Source: an uncultured bacterium
Lineage (GTDB): Bacteria > Patescibacteriota > Minisyncoccia > Phycocordibacterales > UBA9973
Direction of reading: 5' to 3'
Assembly (NCBI GenBank): GCA_903895055.1
Contig: CAITSL010000035.1
Location: 1-43,031, forward strand
Length of the DNA: 43,031 nt
Shown here piece by piece: positions 26,348 through 33,278 of this stretch. Under the pieces are notes generated by a model. That model saw nothing but the letters and a program-made list of their open reading frames with translations, did no database searches and was not told the DNA's origin. Both the position numbers and the translations under genes were made by a program. Positions within the stretch are counted from its first letter, which is position 1; every line of letters starts with the position of its first letter.

Positions 26348-27169
26348 TCATGAAACGAATTTTTTGAATTCTTTGGGCACGGGCGATTCTACTTTGATTA
26401 TTTTCCCTCTTAAGTCTTTAAATTCAATGGATTTGGCATGAAGCATTAAGCGACAATGACCCCCTCCTTTCTCCTCCCCCTTAGTAAGGGGGAGGCTGGG
26501 TAGGGGTCCTTTCGGATTATATAAAGAATCACAAACAACCGGATGATTCAAATATTTCATATGCACCCGAATTTGATGCGTTCTTCCTGTCTTTGGTTTT
26601 ACTTCAAGATAAGAAAAGGGCGCAGTGTGTTTAAAATTTTTATCTCCGAGGGTCCCGCCCCGTACTCGGGGAAGGGCGCAGGAGGAAAAATTTTGAACAC
26701 ACGGAGCCGTAAACCTTTTCAAAACTTTATATTCCGTTATCGCTTCGCGAAGCTCCCCTCTTGCCCCTCGTCCGGCAAGTCGCCTACGGAAATCCGAAGG
26801 ACTTCGGCCGATCGGCTTATTGATTATTCCGTGATCATTTTTGACCCAACCAGAAACAATTGCAATGTATTTCTTTTTTATTTCTCTATCCATGAACTGA
26901 CTTTTTAAAAACTCATGCGCTTTTTGGTTTTTTGCTAAAACTAGAACTCCCGAAGTTTCTTTGTCTAATCTATGAACTACTCCAGGCCTTTTTATTTCTT
27001 TACCGAGAAATGTCATGGGCTCGCCAACATTTTTCATTTTCGGATAATTTTTAATAACCCAATCAGTGACAGTCGGCTCTTTGCTCCGTCCATCCGCATG
27101 CACCACAATACCCGACGGTTTGTCTATCACTAAAATATTTTTATCTTCGTAGAGAATTTTTATTTTCAT
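26348..27169 (-). CDS. RluA-family pseudouridine synthase (RluD-like catalytic domain, no S4 domain)
   Basis: Motifs are VIDKPSGIVVH, the catalytic HRLDKETSGVLVLAK, KTGRTHQIRVH and LHA. It carries two GC-rich in-frame extra segments. Confidence 0.85.
   Translation of the reverse strand: MKIKILYEDKNILVIDKPSGIVVHADGRSKEPTVTDWVIKNYPKMKNVGEPMTFLGKEIKRPGVVHRLDKETSGVLVLAKNQKAHEFLKSQFMDREIKKKYIAIVSGWVKNDHGIINKPIGRSPSDFRRRLAGRGARGELREAITEYKVLKRFTAPCVQNFSSCALPRVRGGTLGDKNFKHTAPFSYLEVKPKTGRTHQIRVHMKYLNHPVVCDSLYNPKGPLPSLPLTKGEEKGGGHCRLMLHAKSIEFKDLRGKIIKVESPVPKEFKKFVS
26458..26508. repeat. 51-nt GC-rich imperfect palindrome inside the RluA-family ORF
   Basis: The structure is GACCCCT-cctttct-CCTCCCCCTT-agt-AAGGGGGAGG-ctgggt-AGGGGTC. 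It is 17 codons long and is translated as the stretch around PLPSLPLTKGEEKGGG. Confidence 0.55.
26643..26686. repeat. second GC-rich structured segment inside the RluA-family ORF
   Basis: Contains CCCCG-tact-CGGGG and the arms CGCCC...GGGCG. It is translated as SSCALPRVRGGTLGD. Confidence 0.4.
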
Positions 27170-27170
27170 G

Positions 27171-27245
27171 TGGTGCCCTTGGTAGGAATCGAACCTACAT
27201 CAAAGCCTTAGAAGAGCTTCGTTCTATCCATTGAACTACAAGGGC
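27171..27245 (-). tRNA. tRNA-Arg (TCT), encoded CCA
   Basis: Folded by hand. The acceptor is GCCCTTG/CAAGGGC, the anticodon arm AAGCT-CTTCTAA-GGCTT and the T arm GTAGG-TTCGATT-CCTAC, ending in A-CCA. Confidence 0.9.
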
Positions 27246-27246
27246 C

Positions 27247-27322
27247 TGGTGCGCGCTGAGGGATTTGAACCCCCGACCTTCGCTGTGTAAAAGCGCTGCT
27301 CTACCAACTGAGCTAAGCGCGC
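27247..27322 (-). tRNA. tRNA-Val (TAC), encoded CCA
   Basis: Folded by hand. The acceptor is GCGCGCT/AGCGCGC, the anticodon arm GCGCT-TTTACAC-AGCGA and the T loop TTCAAAT, ending in A-CCA. Confidence 0.9.
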
Positions 27323-27342
27323 GTTAGTTTAAATTAACATTT

Positions 27343-27651
27343 TTACAATGATGGGTCAACAATAGATGTGGGGGAATTGAGTATTTCATTTGATTTCTTT
27401 GCTCGCAAGGAAAAATATTCCAAAGCGTTTTCTATTCTGGTCTTTTCTTTATTACCAGTTTGTACGTTATTGTTCTCAATCGCTTGAAAATCGTCTTTGT
27501 TTGTTTCCACAAAAAGATTGTAGGCAAAAATAAAAGAGGCAATCATTAACAAAAATGCCAAAATAATTACGACTTTCCAATAGATCTCCGGGTTGATTTT
27601 GGGATTTTCCTTTCGAAAGTTCTTTTTTATTTTTAAAAATTTTATTTCCAT
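27343..27651 (-). CDS. small single-pass membrane protein, last gene of the pilMNO cluster
   Basis: 102 aa with one TM helix (WKVVIILAFLLMIASFIFAYNLF). It starts 1 nt after the pilO-like stop. Confidence 0.45.
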   Translation of the reverse strand: MEIKFLKIKKNFRKENPKINPEIYWKVVIILAFLLMIASFIFAYNLFVETNKDDFQAIENNNVQTGNKEKTRIENALEYFSLRAKKSNEILNSPTSIVDPSL

Positions 27652-27652
27652 T

Positions 27653-28192
27653 TTAGATAAAACTTATAAGTTTCATTTTTAATGTTGCTTGCCAAACTTT
27701 TCCTTTCGTACTTTTATTTTTATCAGTTTGTGAAGGCGGGATGGTGCTTATATCAAGGGAAGAAAATTCTAATTCATACGGAGAATTCTCCAGCAAAGTT
27801 ATAAATCTATATACTTGCAAAAAACTGCCGGTATTATTCATTTCCATGATAAGCCCAGTGTTGTCTTTAGCTACTTCAATGGAAGAAACTTCTAATTTTG
27901 TTCCAACACTACTTGCCATTTGGCCGATTGTATTTAAAAAAGGCACAATGTTAGAACTTTGCACAAAATGTGTTTCAAATAAAGTTTTATCCATCGCGAT
28001 TGATTTAAAGGAATCATTGAAATTCTTTATCTCTTGCCGTTTCTCCATTTCTGTTTGCAGACTTATTTGCGTTTGTTTTGATATTCCAATATTATTTTCT
28101 ATTTTTTGGTAAAGGAAGAAAAATAAAATACCCAAAAGTAAAAAGATTATGATTGAAATGCTTAATGAAATTTTTTCAGATTTATTTTGCAT
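27653..28192 (-). CDS. pilO: PilO-like type IV pilus assembly protein
   Basis: 179 aa with an N-terminal TM helix, a coiled segment and a ferredoxin-like C-terminus. The call rests mainly on its position after pilM and pilN. Confidence 0.55.
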   Translation of the reverse strand: MQNKSEKISLSISIIIFLLLGILFFFLYQKIENNIGISKQTQISLQTEMEKRQEIKNFNDSFKSIAMDKTLFETHFVQSSNIVPFLNTIGQMASSVGTKLEVSSIEVAKDNTGLIMEMNNTGSFLQVYRFITLLENSPYELEFSSLDISTIPPSQTDKNKSTKGKVWQATLKMKLISFI

Positions 28193-28193
28193 A

Positions 28194-28742
28194 TTATACT
28201 GAAATTAGATTTAAATTAAATTCTATATTGCTGTCTTTGACGAAATTGGAAATCGGTAAATCGACATTCTTAAAAAGACTATCGTCTTCGAGCGCTTGGC
28301 GGAATAAAAGCAGTTGTTCCCGATTTTGCGCAATTCCATTGATATTAACTTTTCTGCCGTCCAATGGATCATTCACATAAGAAATTCTATTAATCTTTAT
28401 GCCGGGTACTTTTTGGGCCAAGACTTCGCTTACTACTCGTTCCGAAAAGACATATTTATTTTGGGTGGCTTTTTCGAGTAAAGAAAGCCGGGCATCCAAT
28501 TCCTTAATTGCCGATTGCGCCTGTTGGTCAATCTCGGGCATTACTTCGTTCTTTTCCATCTCTAATTTTTTATTCATTGAAATATCTCTCTCGAGAGACA
28601 TAAAATAGGCAGGTAAAATCGCAATCAAGGAAATAAAAATCAAAAAACTAAGCATCCCGAAAGACACCACTAAAAATCGATAGTAAAAATCTTTTCTAAT
28701 TTCCTTCTTTTCTTCAATTGGAATTAAATTAATCATATTCAA
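28194..28742 (-). CDS. pilN: PilN-like type IV pilus assembly protein
   Basis: MINLIPIEEKKEIRK is the conserved PilM-binding N-terminal peptide (INLLP-like). A TM helix and a coiled coil follow. Confidence 0.65.
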   Translation of the reverse strand: MNMINLIPIEEKKEIRKDFYYRFLVVSFGMLSFLIFISLIAILPAYFMSLERDISMNKKLEMEKNEVMPEIDQQAQSAIKELDARLSLLEKATQNKYVFSERVVSEVLAQKVPGIKINRISYVNDPLDGRKVNINGIAQNREQLLLFRQALEDDSLFKNVDLPISNFVKDSNIEFNLNLISV

Positions 28743-29808
28743 AATCTCCTAAAGCGAGCCCCAAGGCTGCGGCATAGGAAAGCGACTGCTCAAATTCAAT
28801 TTCTGGGACATATTTTTCTGTATTGGTGATATTGATCCAAACGTTGGCCATTTCCACGGTGTTCTTAGTGCTAACAGAAAAGTACTCTGCCAACCCTATT
28901 AGATTTGAATCTCCACCACACAGGATTATTTTTTTAATCTGAGGATGATCTTTATCTCCTTCCTTGTGGGTATGCCAATAAATAAAATGTTTCATTGTCT
29001 CATCTCGCAGGATCGAAATGTTATTTAAAATGACCGAGAACAATTCCCGATTTTCGGTGTTGCGTTCTAGTCCATATTTCCTTTTCATTTTTTCCGCTTC
29101 TTCAAAAGTAATTTTGAAACTCTTGGCTATCATATTGGTCAGGATCAACCCGCCGATGTCTATGGTTGAGGTAAACATCACAATCCCGCCGGAGACCACA
29201 AAAATCCCAGTGCGTTTCTGCCCAAAATCAACAATCATATAAGTATCTAGGTCATCTTTTTTTATAACGGCTCGAGAAACTGCTTGCGCTTCAAGTTCAA
29301 AAGACTGGATTCTGATGGCTGAATTTTTGAAAACAGATAAATAAGCGTCAATAATATTTTTAGGGATGGCCGAAACTTGAATATCAAAACCTTTTTCATC
29401 TTCGTCTAATATTTCATAATCAAACACGGCATCTTGAGCAGAGATCGGGATGTGTTCTTCAAGAGAAAGCTCGATGCTTTCTCGAATGTTTTCGAGTTCT
29501 GCCTTTTCTAGCCGAAATTCGAATAAATATACTTGTTCTTCCGGCAGAGAAACCCGCACTGATTTTATTTTTTCATCTTTTTTAAGGGCAATCAGAATTT
29601 CTTCCATTTTCTTTAGGTCTTTTATTTTCCCAGATTCGATAATCCCAATTGGAATCTTGCGTTCACCGTATCTTCCCAATTTAATGCCGGAAGGAGTAGT
29701 AATGAGTTCTACAAACTTTAGTGATTCATCCGAAATATCCAAACCAAAAGAAGGCATAGCCAGAAACTTGGGGGTTGGGAATAAAATATTAAACAGACTT
29801 CTAGACAT
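28729..29808 (-). CDS. pilM: PilM, actin-like type IV pilus assembly ATPase
   Basis: FGLDISDESLKFVEL and MIVDFGQKRTGIFVV are phosphate-binding loops. ILCGGDSNLIGLAEYF is also present. The protein is 359 aa. Confidence 0.8.
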   Translation of the reverse strand: MSRSLFNILFPTPKFLAMPSFGLDISDESLKFVELITTPSGIKLGRYGERKIPIGIIESGKIKDLKKMEEILIALKKDEKIKSVRVSLPEEQVYLFEFRLEKAELENIRESIELSLEEHIPISAQDAVFDYEILDEDEKGFDIQVSAIPKNIIDAYLSVFKNSAIRIQSFELEAQAVSRAVIKKDDLDTYMIVDFGQKRTGIFVVSGGIVMFTSTIDIGGLILTNMIAKSFKITFEEAEKMKRKYGLERNTENRELFSVILNNISILRDETMKHFIYWHTHKEGDKDHPQIKKIILCGGDSNLIGLAEYFSVSTKNTVEMANVWINITNTEKYVPEIEFEQSLSYAAALGLALGDFEYD

Positions 29809-29847
29809 ATAGATATTATATAATATTCTCCTTCTTCTCGCTAATGT

Positions 29848-30207
29848 TTAGCGCGCTTTCGTGCCTACCGGAATATTATCGTTCGGAGTAAGTAAGGAAA
29901 ATTGCCCGTCTTCGGTGGACACAGCCAAAATCATACCCTGGCTTTCATATCCGCGAATCATTCTAGGCTCTAGATTTGCCACAAACATACACTTTTTGCC
30001 TATTAAAATGGAGCAGTCTGGAAAATACGGGGCAATACCCGAAACAATTTGTCTGAGATCTCTTCCTTCGCCCGCCGAAGCTAGGGCGGAGGCGGGACCT
30101 AAATCCACCGACAACTTGAGTAATTTGTCAGTATCGAGAATTTTCTCAGCGGACAAAATTTGACCCACCACTATTTCCACTTTTTTAAAATCTTCTAGTG
30201 AAATCAT
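29848..30207 (-). CDS. CsaA/EMAP-type tRNA-binding domain protein
   Basis: Motifs are KVEIVVGQILSAEKI, KLLKLSVDLG, RQIVSGIA, VANLEPRMIRGYESQGMILA. An extra GC-rich segment follows VDLG. Confidence 0.8.
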   Translation of the reverse strand: MISLEDFKKVEIVVGQILSAEKILDTDKLLKLSVDLGPASALASAGEGRDLRQIVSGIAPYFPDCSILIGKKCMFVANLEPRMIRGYESQGMILAVSTEDGQFSLLTPNDNIPVGTKAR

Positions 30208-30638
30208 TTGTTTATTTTATCTAAATACCTTTGTAAAATAAGCGCTGCAGCCGAAGCGTCAATATGCCCTCTTTTTTTATCTTTTAATCTACTGTGAGTT
30301 TGTTTTTGAGTTAAAGTCTTTTTATTTTTGCCGGATTTTCGGGCTTCTACTGAAGTTAAAAATTCTTTTTGCTTGTAAATCGGAATTCCGAATTTATCTT
30401 CAAGCTCTAAGATGAAACTCTCAATTCTGGCGGACAGCGCATTTAATTTGCCGGAAAAATCTACTGATTCGCCGATCACAATTTCAGTTATTTTTTCTTT
30501 TTTCAAAATCTCCCCAATTTTTTCCAAAACATCCACATCATTTAAAACTATTTCTTTTGGAAAAGCCAAATGTCCGAGCTCGTCTGAGAGAGCCAGGCCT
30601 ATCCTTTTGGTCCCATAATCAATGCCTAAAAAACGCAT
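30204..30638 (-). CDS. ruvX: Holliday-junction resolvase-like nuclease RuvX (YqgF)
   Basis: MRFLGIDYGTKRIGLALSD is the canonical start. The protein is 144 aa. Confidence 0.9.
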   Translation of the reverse strand: MRFLGIDYGTKRIGLALSDELGHLAFPKEIVLNDVDVLEKIGEILKKEKITEIVIGESVDFSGKLNALSARIESFILELEDKFGIPIYKQKEFLTSVEARKSGKNKKTLTQKQTHSRLKDKKRGHIDASAAALILQRYLDKINK

Positions 30639-30647
30639 ATAAAGATA

Positions 30648-30677
30648 TTAGCACAAAAAACTCTTTTCTGATATAAT
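30648..30677 (+). promoter_or_regulatory. sigma70-like promoter with extended -10 (TTAGCA, 18 nt spacer, TGaTATAAT)
   Basis: TTAGCA is at 30648-30653 and TATAAT at 30672-30677, preceded by TGa. The ATG lies 9 nt downstream. Confidence 0.4.
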
Positions 30678-30686
30678 GTAATTATT

Positions 30687-30938
30687 ATGAATCCAACATT
30701 ATTTAGTAATCCGAAAAGTAATTTAATAATCATTTTAATAACCATCCTTTGGGTTTTGCCTTGGAAGATTTATGCCCTGTGGACAGCGGCGAAAAGAGGC
30801 GACAAGATTTGGTTCGTGGTGCTCGCCATCGTAAACACGGTCGGAATTTTGGAAATCATTTATGTTTTTGCCGTTGCCAAGAAAAAGTGGTCGGAAGTAA
30901 AAGACTCTTTCCTGAAATTAATGTCCTCAAAAAAATAA
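30687..30938 (+). CDS. small two-TM membrane protein (DUF5652-like)
   Basis: 83 aa. The segment KIYALWTAAKRGDKIWFVVLAIVNTVGILEIIYVF resembles the small DUF5652 proteins common in CPR genomes. This is recalled from memory, not searched. Confidence 0.55.
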   Translation: MNPTLFSNPKSNLIIILITILWVLPWKIYALWTAAKRGDKIWFVVLAIVNTVGILEIIYVFAVAKKKWSEVKDSFLKLMSSKK

Positions 30939-30950
30939 GGACTGTTTATT

Positions 30951-31580
30951 TTATTTAATTTCCCGAATTTCTTTATTCTCTGAGTGACCGTTTTGGTCTA
31001 AGGTATAAATAAGGATTGTGTTAAAAGGCATTTCTATATCGCCTGTTTTTTCGTCCGAAACTTGTTCGATATATTTCATGAGAGCACGAATGGAATTGCC
31101 ATGAGCCACGATTAAAACATTTTCGCCGGCCAAGAGGTGAGGCAAAATTATTTTCAAAAAATAAGGTACTGCGCGATCATAAACCATTTTTAAAGTTTCT
31201 CCGTTGGGGATAGCACAATCCCAGCCTCGGCGAATTTCTTGGAAATTTTTTTCACCCACTTGTTTTTCAATTTCCCATTTGTTTTTGCCGGTGTAGTCGC
31301 CGTAATCACGCTCATTGAGCACGCTAGACTTTTCCTCCGGAATTTTGCCGGCTAAATTCAAAATCTTCAATATTTCTTCCAGAGTCTCCCGCACTCTGAT
31401 TTGAGTAGAACAAAAAACCATATCAATTTTTAAATCTCTGATTGCTTCGCCCATTTCTCTCGCCATTTTAAAACCATATTCTGTCAGATGTACTTCCGTC
31501 TTCCCGGTCCAAAGACCGAGTTTGTTCCATTCTGACTCCGGATGCCGAATAATTATCAATTTCCCAATCTCTTTTTCCAT
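30951..31580 (-). CDS. histidine phosphatase family protein (dPGM-type phosphoglycerate mutase-like)
   Basis: IIIRHPESEWNKLGLWTG is the RHG-type catalytic motif. The second catalytic His is in VAHGNSIRAL. Confidence 0.75.
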   Translation of the reverse strand: MEKEIGKLIIIRHPESEWNKLGLWTGKTEVHLTEYGFKMAREMGEAIRDLKIDMVFCSTQIRVRETLEEILKILNLAGKIPEEKSSVLNERDYGDYTGKNKWEIEKQVGEKNFQEIRRGWDCAIPNGETLKMVYDRAVPYFLKIILPHLLAGENVLIVAHGNSIRALMKYIEQVSDEKTGDIEMPFNTILIYTLDQNGHSENKEIREIK

Positions 31581-31648
31581 TTGTTTATTTTAACATTAAA
31601 ATATATAATGCAGAAATAGTAAAATTAATAGAAAATTGTTCCTAGCGC

Positions 31649-31733
31649 GGAGGTGTCGCATAGTGGTTTAGTGCACCGGTCTTGAAAACCGGAGTACCGA
31701 AAGGTACCGTGAGTTCGAATCTCACCACCTCCG
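31649..31733 (+). tRNA. tRNA-Ser (TGA), long variable arm, no encoded CCA
   Basis: Folded by hand. The acceptor is GGAGGTG/CACCTCC, the anticodon arm CCGGT-CTTGAAA-ACCGG, the variable stem GTACC-GAAA-GGTAC and the T arm GTGAG-TTCGAAT-CTCAC. Confidence 0.9.
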
Positions 31734-31855
31734 CACTGGTAATGATTGAATTTGTGAACCAAGCCCTCTACCATTCGCAATGAAAATAAAGTATCGAGAA
31801 ATGATATAATTCTTAAAGGTTGAGGACTTGATTAACTTAACCGAAACTTTAAACT

Positions 31856-32011
31856 ATGATCAAAGGAAACTTTCTTGGCGCGGCGATTGTCGCAATAATC
31901 TACACAATCTATATTTTATGGCATCCCCTTCCAACGAAACCGCAAATGGTGTTGGTATTAGTGGTTCTGAATGCTTTGACTATCGTCTTGCTGTCTTTTG
32001 CATTCAAATAA
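31856..32011 (+). CDS. possible 51-aa hydrophobic small protein
   Basis: An ATG-initiated ORF reads MIKGNFLGAAIVAIIYTIYILWHPLPTKPQMVLVLVVLNALTIVLLSFAFK, giving two predicted TM helices. It is below the ORF-track cutoff. I prefer it to the TTG-initiated 73-aa ORF in another frame. Confidence 0.3.
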   Translation: MIKGNFLGAAIVAIIYTIYILWHPLPTKPQMVLVLVVLNALTIVLLSFAFK

Positions 32012-32048
32012 ATAGACATTTAACTGGTACATTTGGTATAATTGCTTA

Positions 32049-32528
32049 ATGGAAGAAAAAATCACTTGGTCGGCGTTGGAATATGAAGAGAAGGAACGTC
32101 ATCCGGATTGGTTTTGGGCGCTCGGGGTGGTTGTCCTCGCCAGCGCTCTGACTGCTTTTATTTTTGCCAATTATTTTTTTGCATTGTTTTTGATTATTGG
32201 CGGAGCCTTGCTCGGATTTTTTGCCATCAAAAAACCGGATATGGTCTTTTATGAATTAAACGAGAAAGGATTGAAAATCCGCAGTCACATTTACCCTTAC
32301 GAAAACATTCGCGCCTTCTGGGTTCAGAAAGCATTGTCCGACGACGGCAAAATAATGCCCCCGGCTCTTTTTATCAAATCGCAAAGATTGCTTGTGCCCA
32401 TTTTTTCAGTGCCGATCGAAGAAGATTCCGTGGTAAAAATTCACAATTTAATGCTCTCGCACGACGTGCCGGAAGAAGAAATGAGGGAACACCCGTCGGA
32501 GAAAATAATGGAAGCGCTTGGATTTTAA
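32049..32528 (+). CDS. hypothetical two-TM membrane protein with a soluble C-terminal domain
   Basis: 159 aa. WFWALGVVVLASALTAFIFANYFFALFLIIGGALLGFFAI forms a TM hairpin. TATAAT lies 6 nt upstream of the ATG. Confidence 0.5.
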   Translation: MEEKITWSALEYEEKERHPDWFWALGVVVLASALTAFIFANYFFALFLIIGGALLGFFAIKKPDMVFYELNEKGLKIRSHIYPYENIRAFWVQKALSDDGKIMPPALFIKSQRLLVPIFSVPIEEDSVVKIHNLMLSHDVPEEEMREHPSEKIMEALGF

Positions 32529-32591
32529 TTATAAAACTGTTAGTCTAACAAAACATGCCCTCTTTTGATGTATGTTAGAATAAATAAGTAT

Positions 32592-32663
32592 GCCCTCATA
32601 GTTTAATGGATAGAATGCGAGCTTGCGGAGTTTGCGATGTAGGTTCGATTCCTACTGAGGGCA
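32592..32663 (+). tRNA. tRNA-Arg with GCG anticodon (by my reading), no encoded CCA
   Basis: Folded by hand. The acceptor is GCCCTCA/TGAGGGC, the anticodon arm CGAGC-TTGCGGA-GTTTG (two G-U pairs) and the T arm GTAGG-TTCGATT-CCTAC. It is clearly paralogous to tRNA-Arg(TCT) at 27171-27245. Confidence 0.75.
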
Positions 32664-32704
32664 CATGCATTAAATTGGTTCAATTTCTGTGTTATATTTA
32701 ATTG

Positions 32705-33262
32705 ATGTTATCCGATCAAAATGACGAAGAAATAATTAAACTATATAAAAAAGGCGACAAGAGAGCATTCAAGTTTTTGATAGACCGCTATACTTCCCCA
32801 CTTTTTAACTTTGTGGCTCATCTAGCTGGCCGAGAAAACGCCCCTGATTTGGTGCAAGAAACTTTTATCAAAGCTTGGAAACATATCAATCGCTTCAATG
32901 CCAAGAAGGCAAGTTTCAAAACCTGGCTTTTTATTATCGCCAAAAATACAACTACTGACTTTCTACGAAAGAAAAAACTTTTAAATTTTTCTGATTTAGA
33001 AAATGATGAGAATGATTTTTCTTTTTCGGAAACGATTCCCGATGAACATCCGTTGCCCGATATAGTTTGGCAAAAATTAGAGGATGAGGCATTTTTAAAT
33101 AAATTGTTGGAAAAACTTCCAATCAATTACAAAACAGTGCTCACCCTTCACTATCAGGAAGAAATGACCTTTTCGGAAATCGGAAAAATTTTGGAAAAAC
33201 CAGAAAACACGGTTAAAAGTTATCACCAGCGCGCCATTCTCCTTTTGCGAAAAATGTTATAA
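32705..33262 (+). CDS. ECF-type sigma-70 family RNA polymerase sigma factor
   Basis: Region 2 is APDLVQETFIKAWKHINRFN...FKTWLFIIAKN. Region 4 is LTLHYQEEMTFSEIGKILEKPENTVKSYHQRA. The start is taken at the ATG at 32705. Confidence 0.85.
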   Translation: MLSDQNDEEIIKLYKKGDKRAFKFLIDRYTSPLFNFVAHLAGRENAPDLVQETFIKAWKHINRFNAKKASFKTWLFIIAKNTTTDFLRKKKLLNFSDLENDENDFSFSETIPDEHPLPDIVWQKLEDEAFLNKLLEKLPINYKTVLTLHYQEEMTFSEIGKILEKPENTVKSYHQRAILLLRKML

Positions 33263-33278
33263 TAATCTTCATATAAAT

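Noticed and set aside
31828-32049. The 73-aa TTG-initiated ORF from the track.
   Set aside because: It has a non-ATG start only 1 nt after a GAGGA, and its sequence has no hydrophobic or motif character. A 51-aa ATG ORF in another frame (31856-32011) encodes a clean two-helix membrane peptide and is the more plausible coding frame. Even that call is weak.
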